The position numbers and the translations under genes are program-made. The notes under the pieces are model-generated. The model was not told the DNA's origin. It did not search any database and was given only the letters and a program-made list of their open reading frames with translations. DNA of 63,077 nt, counting the filler, from Reticulomyxa filosa (lineage: Eukaryota; Protista; Foraminifera): assembly GCA_000512085.1 (NCBI GenBank). It is 21 parts of 21 records of this genome, joined end to end, with 100 filler letters (N's around TTAATTAATTAA, not from the genome) between each part and the next. Parts side by side here need not be neighbours in the genome. Positions count along the whole stretch, not along the records: positions 26,711 to 28,383 come from ASPP01021595.1; positions 28,484 to 30,291 come from ASPP01029657.1; positions 30,392 to 32,032 come from ASPP01012443.1; positions 32,133 to 33,164 come from ASPP01043282.1; positions 33,265 to 43,436 come from ASPP01010058.1; 16 more parts are not named here. The stretch is one strand, 5' to 3'. This document shows positions 26,712 to 39,200 of this stretch, in pieces. Every line of letters begins with the position of its first letter. Within the stretch, counting starts at the first letter, position 1.

Positions 26712-27175
26712 AAATTGAAACAAGTAAAAATATTTGTGAAAGATGACAAAATTATTCGAAATACTAGGTTTGTATCAATAAACAAAAGTATTTAAAAAAC
26801 ATGAAAAAAACTGTCTGGAGAAAGTATTCGAACATGTACATACACATAAAGTGGATCCACTCAATTGTATGGACACTTTGCAATTCCAATAAAGAAAGCT
26901 TGGGACAATGTTCATCACTTTTGTGGCACGAGTATTGTATTTGAAAATGAAGAACAGAAATCACAATGGTGTGTAAGACATGGATATGATTCGACCACTG
27001 GACATTTTGTGAAAGTTGAAGACATCTACAATCTTGGCAAAATATGGTATGGTAAACATTTGGATACTGATTGGAAAAAATGGACTTTGCCTGAGGCATT
27101 TCAAATTTTCCAAAAGTGTGGAATGACCCATCCAATTTGGAACTATCAATTGAACATCAAAGCCAAAAATTTTGA
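26712..27175 (+). CDS. merB: Alkylmercury lyase (MerB)-family protein, C-terminal part, with spliceosomal intron
   Basis: Exon 26712-26767, GT..AG intron 26768-26851, exon from 26852: HFAIPIKKAWDNVHHFCGTSIVFENEEQKSQWCVRHG..G..V..IYNLGKIWYGKHLDTDWKKWTLPEAFQIFQKCGMTHPIW. Restoring one G at ~27140 gives ...IWELSIEHQSQKF* (TGA 27173-27175). Confidence 0.75.
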
Positions 27176-27489
27176 TTGCGTTTTTTCTTTCTTTGACATT
27201 GAAAATTACAAAATACTGTGTTTATCAATGTTTATGGAATTTGTCAACTAAAACTGCATGGTGTTTGAAGGCCAAATGGATAAGAGAGTATGCATTCATT
27301 TCATGATACATAAAAAAGAGTGAATAACAGTACATAACATATTTTCTACCAAAATTATATAAGCTTGATTTTAACAATCTCATTTTAAAAAAAATTGTAG
27401 CTTTTTTATTTTTCAGAGTTTGCAGGATTTTTTATATATTCCGTCTCCGTTTTTTTTCTAAAACTTCCTATTTCAACAACATTAACAAT

Positions 27490-28383
27490 ATGGACAATGA
27501 AAACACAACACAAGAATTTCCTGAAAGACAAGCTGAAGAAAAGCAAAATCTGGCTGTTTCAACTTCCAACCAAGTTTTAAAGGATTCCCCTAGTGCAATT
27601 GTTGATCTTGAAAAAAAAGTTGAACAAAGCCAAGATGTTGTTACTTCAACTCTCTTTCAAAGTTTGAAGAATTTGCCCGTTCCACTTGAAGGCTGTCAAT
27701 GTGTGCAACACAAACACGAAATCCTGATTTGTGGAGGTCAATTAAAAAGAGATTGTTATTCTTATCATACACTTAAAGATGAATACAAATTTATCTGTGA
27801 GTATCCAGAGACGGTTTTGTTAAACGGATATTGTGTGGTGAAACTGGTAAATAACGACAATAACAAAGATAGCAGTGAAATCACTTTGTTGTCTTTTGGT
27901 GGAAAGAAAGGAGTAAAAAAACATACGCTAATAATGAAATATGTAAGTGTTTGGAGTAATGACAAAAGTAATGATAAAGATAATGAAATAAATAAATCAA
28001 ATAATTATAATAAATGGGTTCCTTTGACAGACGAGCACAATAATCCAGTTATCATTGGAAGAAAGGAAGATAATTATTTTGGAGCGCGTGCAGTGCTTGG
28101 TGGAAGTAACAATAATTTGTTGTTTATTACTTATTTTGAACATCATATTAGCGTGTTTGATGTAAATACACTTCGATTTATTAACCACGCTATCTTGCCA
28201 ATCTCATTTTTGGTTTCAATATTTTATATTGCTTTGTATCAAAGCCAGCACATCAAGGACAAGGACAAGAAATGATGAAATTAAATAAAGACAAAGATAG
28301 GCAAAGAAAATATGAAATGCTGTTATTTTGTGAACGTGCAGGATTATCAATTGAATATAATGAAGATAACAACACTTTTCAAT
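27490..28383 (+). CDS. Kelch-like beta-propeller protein of a lineage-expanded family (3' truncated, frameshift at ~28210)
   Basis: FQSLKNLPVPLEGCQCVQHKHEILICGG..DCYSYHTLKDEYKFICEYP, LLSFGG, GARAVLGGSNNNLLFITY, then in another frame EMLLFCERAGLSIEYNEDNNTFQ. Confidence 0.75.
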
Positions 28384-29368
28384 NNNNNNNNNNNNNNNNN
28401 NNNNNNNNNNNNNNNNNNNNNNNNNNNTTAATTAATTAANNNNNNNNNNNNNNNNNNNNNNNNNNNNNNNNNNNNNNNNNNNNTATTTTTCATACAAGAA
28501 CAAAACAGACATATTCTTTTACTATGAAAAGCGTAGATTATTTTAGAACCAATTCCGGTCTTTCTACGACGTTTCTACACCAATAGGAACAGCAATAAGT
28601 AAAAAAAGTTGGGGTTTTTGCAGTCATTTTCAACTCGACAAGTTCAATAATGAATCTCGTAATCTTTGCGTCTAAGAGATGCAATACTGTCATAACGTCA
28701 GATCCGTTTAGCAACAGTGTTTGCGTGTGATAGACTGCGTATTAATGATTGAACTGAGAATTTGCCCTTCAATTATTGACACGAAGAAAAGCATTGAAAG
28801 CATTGCGCACGATGGAGAAAAATCAGAATTCGTCTTTTCCTTTTTTTGGAGGTGTCTTAAAAAAGAGACATGTTGCAAAAACAAAAAAAATAATAATAAT
28901 AAAATAAAACATACAACATTACAAAAAAACAAGTATACAAATTTCCCCTTTTTAAAAAAAATTATTTTCCCCCCTCAAATTCAAACGTTCCAATTTTTGT
29001 TTTGTATGATAAGTGAATTTTTTGTTTTTGATGTGGTCACGTACACACAAACAGAGCATTGGAAGGAACCAGAAGCCTTGACAATGCTAAATGCATGTGG
29101 AAAGAACGGCTAAGCAGTGAAAGGTTATTCAATGGAAATATTGCCATGTTAGTGTAGTGTTTATTTTCAAAAAACAAAACAAACAAATAACAACGGCCCA
29201 AGAGAAGAGAAAATATCTAAAAAAAGTGGCGTTAGTTGATTACAAATGCATATTGTTATTATCTCTACATCATAACTTTTTGATGGTGAGATGTGAGGGA
29301 AAAATAAAGCATACAACTGACATAACAAACAAACAAAAATAGTATGCAACCCGTGGGTTAACTCTCCT

Positions 29369-30291
29369 TTGGAAGCTCAATTTGAATTGTCATGCTATTC
29401 TATCGATATATTCCACTGTTTTGCGGAAGGAGGATATATGTTTCCTTTTGAGAATTATTTGGCCAAGACATTTTTCACAAACTTAATTACAGCCAATCCA
29501 TATGTGGTACGTAGGTTGTGTTCATCCTTTGTTTGTTTGAACAAAGGAAAAAAGATTTGGGTTGTGTTGGAAGATCTGTCGAAAGTTGAGCTCGGTACAA
29601 TATTGGGACCATCATGTGAAATGTGGGCAGGAAATCTTATTCCCGCTAATTACATCTACGGTGGAGAAACAAGAATCAACGAGTCAGATCCTACCTCACG
29701 ATTGTTATCTGTTCGCACTTATGAAACGCTGCTTTATGTTAAGTTTTTGTTTGTCTATTTGGTCTATATGCAATGTAAAGAATTATTGTGTAATGTGAAT
29801 GTTTTAAACTTTTCAGATTGATTCCCCGTACAATTTGGTTCGAAAAATAAAAATGGTAATGCAGAACTGCACTTACACACAACTGTACAGTGTCAACTGT
29901 CCAGAACCAACAAAGGATGAAATGGATGACATGGACACATTTGTCAACGACTGGTTGAGCGATTTTATTGATTTCATGTTGGATTACCTTGATGATTACA
30001 AAAAAGATGAAACTCACCTCCTCAAACCGTTATTTTTCACCTCAGTTTACAAATTGAAATAAACAAACAAAAAAAATTATATATGTATAAATATACTTTT
30101 TTTTTCTCTTCGTTTCGTTTTTGCGTTTTGCTGTATCTCACTTGCCCAAAATACAAAAATAGAGAACGAGCTCGGATTTGTTGACAAGTGCATTTTATAG
30201 CAACTTGTATTTGTTGGCAATTTCCTTTGTGTTGATGTTTGTGTTTTCAAGTTGCACTGGCTGTCGTCCACGCAACTTATTTTATTCTCGT
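29369..30291 (+). CDS. Patched/NPC1-family (sterol-sensing, RND-like) protein fragment; upstream part degenerate
   Basis: Exons 29369-29737, 29817-30044 and 30163-30291 splice in frame. CYSIDIFHCFAEG resembles PTCH CLIITPLDCFWEG; YIYGG..RLLSVRTYETLL resembles LIVGG..KLVSAHALQTMF; WLSDF resembles WQRTY. Then TSSDLLTSAFYSNLYLLAISFVLMFVFS..YSR, the start of the SSD. Confidence 0.6.
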
Positions 30292-30391
30292 NNNNNNNNN
30301 NNNNNNNNNNNNNNNNNNNNNNNNNNNNNNNNNNNTTAATTAATTAANNNNNNNNNNNNNNNNNNNNNNNNNNNNNNNNNNNNNNNNNNNN

Positions 30392-31231
30392 GTGCTCGCG
30401 GTCGGCACCCGCCTGCAGCCGCAGCAGCAGAACTGGGGGCTCGATGATTCGTTGAAGATCATCCGCATCGACGCCGACAGCGAGGAGCTCGACCGCCATC
30501 GCAAGCCCGAGATCGGTATCGTCGGCGATGCCACCGCAACCCTGAAGGTGTTGGCTGATCATCTCGAAAAGCACGCAAGCAGGCACAGCGGCCGGGCCGC
30601 GCATGTCGCGGAGATCAAGGCGGCGGCCACCAAGAAGATCCACGAGACGCTGGCGCCGCAGATCGCCTACCTCGAGGCGATCCGCAAGGCGCTGCCCGAC
30701 GACGGCATTCTGGTCGATGAGCTGACGCAGATCGGCTACGCCGCCCGCTTCGCCTGGCCGAGCTACGGGCCGCGTACCTTCCTGTCGCCCGGCTACCAGG
30801 GGACTTTGGGCTGGGGCTATGCCACGTCGCTCGGGGCCAAGGTCGCCAGGCCCGATACGGCGGTCGTGTCGATCAGCGGCGACGGCGGCTTCATGTTCAC
30901 CGCCATGGAGATGGCGACGGCCGCCCAGCACGGGATCGGCGTGGTGGCGGTCGTGTTCAGCGACGGCGCCTTCGGCAACGTGCGGCGCATCCAGCAGCAG
31001 TCGTTCAACAACCGCACCATCGCCACGGAGCTGCGCAACCCCGACTTCGTGAAGCTGGCCGACAGCTTCGGAATCGATGCTGTGCGCGTCGGCTCGCCAG
31101 ACGAGCTGGGCACCGCCATCGCTCGGGGCATCGCCAAGGGCGCGCCCCTCCTAATCGACTGCCCCGTCGGCCAGTTCCCCGACCCCTGGCCGCTGGTGAC
31201 GTTGCCACCGATCCGGCCGCGGAAGACTTAG
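30392..31231 (+). CDS. Bacterial thiamine-diphosphate-dependent enzyme (acetolactate synthase-like), 5' truncated
   Basis: GTLGWG..LGAKVA.P, ThDP/Mg motif ISGDGGFMFT..E..TA....VVFSDGAFGNV, NPDFVKLADSFG. High GC, no introns. Confidence 0.93.
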   Translation: MLAVGTRLQPQQQNWGLDDSLKIIRIDADSEELDRHRKPEIGIVGDATATLKVLADHLEKHASRHSGRAAHVAEIKAAATKKIHETLAPQIAYLEAIRKALPDDGILVDELTQIGYAARFAWPSYGPRTFLSPGYQGTLGWGYATSLGAKVARPDTAVVSISGDGGFMFTAMEMATAAQHGIGVVAVVFSDGAFGNVRRIQQQSFNNRTIATELRNPDFVKLADSFGIDAVRVGSPDELGTAIARGIAKGAPLLIDCPVGQFPDPWPLVTLPPIRPRKT

Positions 31232-31769
31232 TCGGTCCCGCCGTTCGCCCTGATCTCGGCGAGCAGCTTCGTGGCGTGCGCCTGGTCGGCGATGCGCTTG
31301 GAGGTGAAACGCGGGTCGAGGACCGGAGCGACAATCAGGAGATGGGTCGCCAGAAAGTCCGGCAGCGGCGGCGGTTCGATCTGGTCCTCCGGCATCTCGA
31401 CCTCGGCCATCGCGAAATGGTCGAGCCGTCGTCGCGCTTGAAGAAGTCGACGTCCCAGTGGTAGCGGCCGTCGGCCCACGAGTAGCGGACCTTCACCAGC
31501 GTCTCCAGCCGCTGGGTCCACAGGCGCGCGAAGTCGACCGCGCTGAGCCCGGTCTCGATTTCGACCACCTGGCCGTCGATGGTGCGTTTGTAGGTGAAGA
31601 CGTGGTCGGTCTTGCCGTGGCCCTCGAGTGATCGGATCCGCAGGCCCGGCGCATCGAGATAGGCCTGCCGCAGCAGATGGCGCGTGACGCCCGGCATCGC
31701 GCCGAGTTCCGCTTCCAGGCCCGTGGCCTGCTCGTTCAGGACAAACTTGCGCTCGTTTTCGATCGGCAT
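31228..31769 (-). CDS. Bacterial CYTH-domain (triphosphate tunnel / class IV adenylate cyclase-like) protein, 1-nt frameshift at ~31418
   Basis: [11 protein letters not shown] (ExExK motif), QAYL, LRIR, FTYK, EIE, KVRY, WDVDFF, then one frame over FAMAEVEM. Stop overlaps the convergent ThDP gene stop. Confidence 0.85.
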
Positions 31770-31777
31770 GCTAGAAT
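31769..31777 (+). promoter_or_regulatory. Extended -10 promoter (TGnTAGAAT) for a probable leaderless transcript
   Basis: TG-C-TAGAAT at 31769-31777, 7 nt before the ATG at 31785. No Shine-Dalgarno in the 15-nt intergenic gap. Confidence 0.55.
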
Positions 31778-31784
31778 CGTCACC

Positions 31785-32032
31785 ATGGCCACACAGACAA
31801 TCGACGACCTGCCGACGCCGGCTCTCATTCTCGACCGGGCGATCCTGCGCCGCAACCTCGAGCGCATGAGCGAACGCCTGCGTAACGCCGGCGTCATGCT
31901 CCGCCCGCACCTCAAGACCGCGAAGTCGGTCGAGATCGGCCGCATGGCCGTCGAGGGCCATGACGGGCGCATCACCGTTTCGACGCTGGCCGAGGCGCGC
32001 TATTTCGCGGACGGCGGCTTCAAGGACATCCT
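31785..32032 (+). CDS. Bacterial PLP-dependent alanine-racemase-fold enzyme (D-threonine aldolase / DSD1-like), 3' truncated
   Basis: [27 protein letters not shown] (PLP lysine), [20 protein letters not shown]. Confidence 0.9.
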
Positions 32033-32961
32033 NNNNNNNNNNNNNNNNNNNNNNNNNNNNNNNNNNNNNNNNNNNNTTAATTAATTAANNNNNNNNNNNN
32101 NNNNNNNNNNNNNNNNNNNNNNNNNNNNNNNNGAGAAAAATGGATAAAAACGAGTCAAACTTGGGACATTTTTTCTGCTTAGCTCAATATTATTCATTAA
32201 AGCAAAAAAGAAAAAAAACAACTTTAATAAGGACTTTTAAAAATAAATGAAGTGTATAATATGTTTGATTTTTATGATAACCAAATCCCAAAATAATATT
32301 AACTTAAAGAGGTTTAAAAAATATTATTCTAACAATCCCGTTTACATTTACTCATTATGTTGCTGGACTTTAATAGCTTTTTAACACATACAATGTGTTT
32401 TATGCTGTGTTATTTGATGATATTTCAAAGAGAAGAATTGAAAAGAGTGCAAGGCTCAGTTAATGAAAAGAAGATCACAATTCAATATTAAAAAACGAAA
32501 ATTCTGTCAAAAAAAGGATTTATTTTAAAACAATTAGGAAAGGTGTAATAAAAACACCAACATGATATTTAAGAATGATACGATTCTTAGATATTTTTTT
32601 AAGATGAAAAAAAATTAAGTCTGAATGTTGTCTCTTCATGAAGAAAGTCGATAAGGTGCCGTTTTATGTGCCAATTTTCTTTTGATTCTACTGTATAATT
32701 GTATCGCAATATTGAGTGAGACAACAAATATACACATATATATAATGGACATACAAATAAAAGTGTGAAAAAGAAATAGAAGAAAAAAAGTGATTTGAAA
32801 GTAGTAAAATTAATAATATTCAAAATACTAGAAATGCAATCAAGATATCAAAGAAGATGAATTTCAATTGTGTGATATTGGACGAAAGAGAAAGATAATA
32901 GAGATGAAGCAATTGACATTTGAAGAACTTATTCGTCAAAAAAATTAGATTGAAGGAAACG

Positions 32962-33164
32962 CAATACTTAAAATACTTTGCAATTTATTTCGATATTTAA
33001 TACAAGTCTTATTTATTATGCTTTTCAATTCTTTAAAAACATTGATTGCAACTTTTTCAATTTTTTTAAACAATAAATCAAACAAGTTTAATATAACCTT
33101 ACTTTTCTTTTAATCAAACAAAAATACTTTCATTTCTTATTCGACAAAACAATAAATTATCCCC
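32962..33164 (-). repeat. 3' flank and last codons of another WD40-family paralog (homologous to 22085-22331)
   Basis: Colinear blocks shared with 22085-22331 (tttattatgctttt, tttaatataa.ctta.ttttcttttaatcaaa, aaaatactttcatttctta, aaattatcccc). The contig ends at the ...GG GGA TAA of the family's IWG* terminus. Confidence 0.8.
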
Positions 33165-33299
33165 NNNNNNNNNNNNNNNNNNNNNNNNNNNNNNNNNNNN
33201 NNNNNNNNTTAATTAATTAANNNNNNNNNNNNNNNNNNNNNNNNNNNNNNNNNNNNNNNNNNNNTTTTTTTTTTTTTTTTTTTTTAAAGAAGATTATCC

Positions 33300-36200
33300 C
33301 TTCCAATTGGATATTTTTCAAATCAAAATTTTTTATTTGAACTAAAACAATGTTAGGTTTAACGGAGGCGTCATTAACTTGCACAGTGACAGTGTTAAAT
33401 ATCATTCATCAAATGCTGAAATATTCTTCCACAGTCACTCATTTGTTAGTTCGAGATTTCCGTCAAGGACGTGGCTTTGACATTTTGGAAGAGCTGCTGA
33501 TGGTTGCATCTTCTCCTGGAGATCATCAACACCATCGAAAAATCAATCAGGTTTTTTTTTTGTTTTTTTTTGGTTTATAAAATGTTATCTGTACCCCTAT
33601 GATATCTACTTATAAATATATACGTATATGTGTTTGCAAGAATTGGACAGAGATACATGAATTTGGAGTTATGCGTGGACAAAGTTTGATCGACATGAAG
33701 AGCGAACTGCTGAAAATGATCCACGAATTAGTATTCATGGACGACGGCACGGGCGAGCACTGGAAACGAGATCTAGCAACGCGCCAGAGCAACACAACAG
33801 GAATGAGTCCCAGCGATTTATCCATTGACTCTGGTGACACGCCGAGTGCGTCGATGGCCAATACGATTGACAGTGAGAAAAAGACCCCGGATGTGTCAAT
33901 TACAAATGATTCAAGCGTGCATCGCAGCATGCACAGTTCGAACATAGGCACGATACCGGTGAAAAGTAAGGCGGCATTTAACGTATTAGAAAACGTATAC
34001 TGCAACACGGAAAGCAAGTGGACACGTTTGGAGATATTAACATGCATCTTACAAATAATGCATCAGGCAAGCAATGTCCAGTTTGTGTTGGATCTCCACG
34101 CTATTGAGCCTTTGTTATTGAAAATGCCCACCGTCGAACAAGAGGAGCGCAAGAAAGTGGTATCAATATTGGAGTTTGTGATTCAGTGCTCCGCCGTAGA
34201 GGCGCCCCCGTTGGGCGAGTTTAGTGCGCTCAAGCAATTGTTGCAAAATGCAAACGACAGAGACATGGTTGCCTTGATCTTTCAAACCATTAACAAAATT
34301 GTTCTCGAAAAGCCTTTGCACAAGTTGGTCGTTTTTGCTTTTTTATTTCATTCTTTTTTATTTCATCCTTTTTTATCTACTTGCTATCCATCCTCTTCTA
34401 TCCCTTTTTTTTTTTTCCCTCCTTGCATGTGTGTGCATGTATGTAGACCTGCATTTCGAATCACTGGAGTGGTGGACGTACTGATGGACAATATCACGCT
34501 GCTGTCAAAATGTCTGACGAAAGAGGATGGATCAACCACACGTGGGTTATCTTCCACTGTCGAGGTCAAACCGATACAAACAAAAGAGTCGAATCTGTCC
34601 ATTGACAAGGCCAAAGGTGATGCGCTGTCGCCCCTTGAAATTTCACCGATTGCCACGGATTACACTCCAAAGTCCCCACAAAACGATGTAAGGTGTTGTT
34701 TTTGTTATACGTGTGTACATGTATATGATATACATATATACAAATTTATGTATGTATATGTGATAGGCACAGTCAATGATATTACTAGATCATCATGACT
34801 TATACGAATTGGCCATGGACATTTTATTGAATATGTTAAAAGACGACGATGAAAATTGCAAAGTTTGTGTTTTCGGCCAAACCAAGCCAAACTAATAAAT
34901 CAATACATAAAAGTATACACGTTATTTGTGTGTGTGTGTGTGTGTGTATGTTGAAATGCCAATTTTAGTTGTTTCGACAAAAACGCTGTAATTTTGCAGT
35001 ATTCACATTGCTCAAGTCCCGCGCTCACTCGGAAGCCGCAGCAAAGGTGATAAGCAACCAAACTGACGAAGAGTCGGTGAGCGACTTGCTCTCAGCGCTA
35101 AGTGGCGAAAAGGAGTCGTACGAATACCGCATGAAAATGCTCGAAGCATTGTTGCAAATGATAAGTAATGACAACACTACGTCAGTTGTCATCAAAAACT
35201 CATGGCACAAGTTGAGTGGATTCACGGCACTGTTCAGTTTGCTGGCGTCCTTAGACTCACTTTGGCCCAATTGCAACGACCAAATGTCGCAATTGGCGAT
35301 CCATTTGATTCAAAAGTCTTTTGCGGTTATCATTACTATCATTCGAAATCACCCGCGCAATCGCGCCCATTTGTGGTCGTCTTCGTGGAGTAGCATCGCT
35401 GATGCTATTATTGCCACGGGAGTTGCCAGGTCTTTGCATTGTCAGACGATTATTTCCATGTTATTTGATTTGGCCATGGAAAAGATAGCGAGCCATAATC
35501 AACAGCAACGACAATGTTCCAATGCATCGAATGGCAGGAGATTATCCAATGCGAGCAAAGATAGCAATGAGACCAAGTACGACTTCTGCGAGGCAGAGCA
35601 TCCATTATTTCTTAAAAATTCAGAGGCCATTTTGATTATTTTGAAGTTGTTGAGTGTCTGCTCGGAATCGTTGCAATTGCAGATTTTCGAAAAGCTGTTG
35701 GCATTGATTAACCTGTATATTATTGACAACAATGGAGTGAAACAATTCTTGCTTAAAAATAAACAACTGTTGTCGGATGTATGGAACTTGTACTATATTG
35801 TTGTTTTTTCCTCTTTCACACAAAGTGCTTGTATTTTATTTGACGTTTTGCATTTTGCTTTGTGTGTCATGTCATGTCATGTTTTGCAAAGCAAGGGATC
35901 GTTCAACACGTATACAATCTCTATTCCAAAGCGTTGAACTCATCAACCAAATCACCTTTGCAAAAAGTATTGACTCAATTTATTGTCGGTATGCATTGAA
36001 ATTATTATCCGTGTGTTTTTGCTTGCTTAGTAGAAAACAAGGTTCAATTGGCATACTCACACAAATACACAATTTGTATATATACATGTATATGTGTATA
36101 AACGATGACAGAATTGGGAACACACTATTTATCACCTGCGGAATTGAACACAATATTTGCTTGGGCGCGCAAACACAACGAACGTTATCCTCACATAATG

Positions 36201-39200
36201 CAATTTTTGAGTGGCGAACACAAGTTTCCGTTTATTGAATTTGAATGCTTTAGTCGCCGCGTGGCGTGCATAAAAATGACCGGACAATCGCATCTGAAAG
36301 TGTCGCCGGAAACCGGAGTGTCCCTGGCCTTTTGGCTGAACATCCGAAGCGCAAGTCCGACAGCTCCTGAACTGCTGTTGTGTTCTCTTTGGAGATGTGA
36401 CACGTCTACAAGCGTGTTGGAATTGCGCTACCATTGTCAAAATGGCAGTATTTTGATTAAGCTTGGGGACGAAGAGTCGTTCGATTCGTACGTGTGCAGG
36501 GACGTGATGCTGGCCCATCATCGATGGTACCACATCGCCGTGACATTTCAAATGGTGTGTGGATCGCAAAGTAATCTGAAACAAAAGACCAGGCCCCACT
36601 TGGACTTGTGGCTGTACATCAATGGCATCAAAGCAAAGCACATCCACGAAACAATAATGTTGAAAGAAAAAGAAAGTAAATTGGAAAAAGAGACCCTACA
36701 CAAGCGTTCCGATACTCGTTCGAGCGTAGTTTCAATTGCGCCCAATACGTCATTGGGAGATATCAAAGCGCCGCAAAAATGCTTCTCCGGACTGTCGTTG
36801 GACCCTTGTCTGTGTCAGTTGATCATTGGAGTTGATCGCACACATTTGAAGCACCAAGAGCACACGGCGACTCGTCCACAGCCCTTGGTGTGGTGGATGG
36901 GACCGTTCTTTGTGTTCGAAAGCGTGTTGTCACTGAAACAAGTGGTTATGATTGTGGACGCCGGCGCCGACTATGGCGGCACATTCCATGACGCGAGAGC
37001 AGTGAGCTACATCCAAGAAAAAGAAGAGAAATTAAGCCATTGTCCCAATCGCATCGATGTTCTACCGACGATCCTGTGCTCTATCCATCCCCATGCCTAT
37101 TACTCGTTTACCGAAGCCCGTCGAATATTGCAACCCAACACCACGGATTTGGACATGGAGGAATTGTCGCCCCTTTTAATGGGAGCGAACAACAACGATG
37201 TGTCTCCCTTGCAAGAAATGGTCAACATTGCCGCGTTACGTACTCCTGGCGCTATTGTCAAAAACACTGCGCATCACGTGCATGCCCCAATCACTCATCA
37301 AGGACCTTATCTCTATTGTTATGGTGGAGTCACATGCATTCGCCCTATTGCATTGGAGGATGCCATTCGTTATATTGGAGGCATTGAAGTTTCTCATCAA
37401 TACATAAACATATATATATATATATTTATTTATTTATTTATTTACATGTGTGTGTGTGTATAAACACAATCAAATAGAACATATTTGGCTTTTTATCCAA
37501 CGTTCATTCCTCCAAAGCATTGGTGGATTATTGCGCCATTCTGGCAACCTTTTTGGCAAATAACCCAAGGAACTTAATGGACATGGCGAGAATTGGAGGA
37601 TACGAAATGCTCGGCAACATTTTGAAAGAAAAGAGCGGATTGATAACGCTGGATCTGATCCCGATAATCACATCAATGGTGACGAATTCGATCCCGACTG
37701 TCGTACGCGAGTATTTTACGCACACACCCAACTCGACTCGCAACGTGCGCATCAGCGACCCCGAAATTGCATTGTACAACCACATCGGCAATCCTGAGTC
37801 TTCTTATAAAAAGCGCATTTACACAATGGCGATGCCCGCGCAACGGACACCGAATATGGACGACATGGACCAGTCCTCGAATGCAAACCTGCCTGTCACA
37901 CTCCCTTTGTTGTTGCACAATAACTCGTCGACGCACAATCGTAGCATCGATGGGTCGACTATGGAGCTGTCAGCACTTGGTCACTTGGGCATGAAGCACA
38001 GCGGCAGTGAGAGCAGCACCGTGAATGAGCCTTTGAACAATATGCTTTCGAGCAGCGTCGACAATGTCGGCACGGGCATTGGTGCGGGTGACGACGTGTC
38101 GTTGGGCTTGGACTACGTGGAGCTGCGTCAAAAGGGACTGTCCTTTTTGGAGTTGCCTATTGTCATCGAACGACGCTATTTGCAGCAAGAGGACGAGTCT
38201 GGATTGACAGAGGGATATTCGGAAATGAAGGAAAGTACTTGGAGTGGCAGTGAGCGATATACCAAAGAGAAGATGCTATTGGCAAATACATTGGCAATGA
38301 AGTACCTTCTCTTTGATTACGAAATCTGGAGTCAAGTATCGACACCGATCCAACACGCGTTGTACGAATGGGTAAAAGAGTTGGCCACGCGTGGGCCACC
38401 GATTTTGAATATGGAAGGGATGCACAAGACGCTGCAATTCCATCGCATCAGTGGCATACCATTGAAAGCGCTGTCGTTGTTGAGCATGAGGAAATGGAAT
38501 GCCATGCGACTTCGAGATTTGGAGGTCATGGACGACATTTTGCATATTTTGGTGCATCGCCGTGTGCCATCCGAGATTAAATCAGTTATATTTGAGCTGG
38601 CGGAACGATTAATCACGGAAAACTTTCGAGAAGAGGAGCTGAATCTGATTGCCGGCTTCTTGGTCGACAACGTGGTGGATCATAAAAACTACGAAAGCGT
38701 GACCTCGCATGCAAACAAGCAAAAAGAGCTTGCCAAAGAAAAGTACAAAACCAAGGACGATTTTTCCGCCCAACCTGTCACAATGCCAATGTCGCTGGCA
38801 ATGACCATTCCAAATAAAAATGTTCCACATTATATGGACGTCAATTCCACTCCCTCTACTGCTACCTCGATGCTGACGCCGATACCAATGTCGACACCGA
38901 TTCCAACGGCGACTCCCATTGCAATGCAATCACCTATGTTCACGCCTATAGCGCATGTACCCAGAGTTGTCCCCACGGTCATGACCACGGCCACATGGAA
39001 TCACATGAACACGCCGATCAAACATGGAGACGTTGTGGTGGAGTTCATGAAGATCTTTTATGTGTACGTGCACAACAACACAGTCGGCTCCAACGGACAT
39101 TTTCAAAAGGCCAACTCTCATGCGGGACATCATCATAGCAACAGCAAAGGCAGCTGCAACGACGACGACCTCAACAACAAGTCCCCGTCTCCGTCATCCC

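Noticed and set aside
28484-33164. Bacterial genes apparently inserted among eukaryotic genes (HGT island)
   Set aside because: The bacterial segment is bounded on both sides by spacers, so it is a separate contig with no physical linkage.
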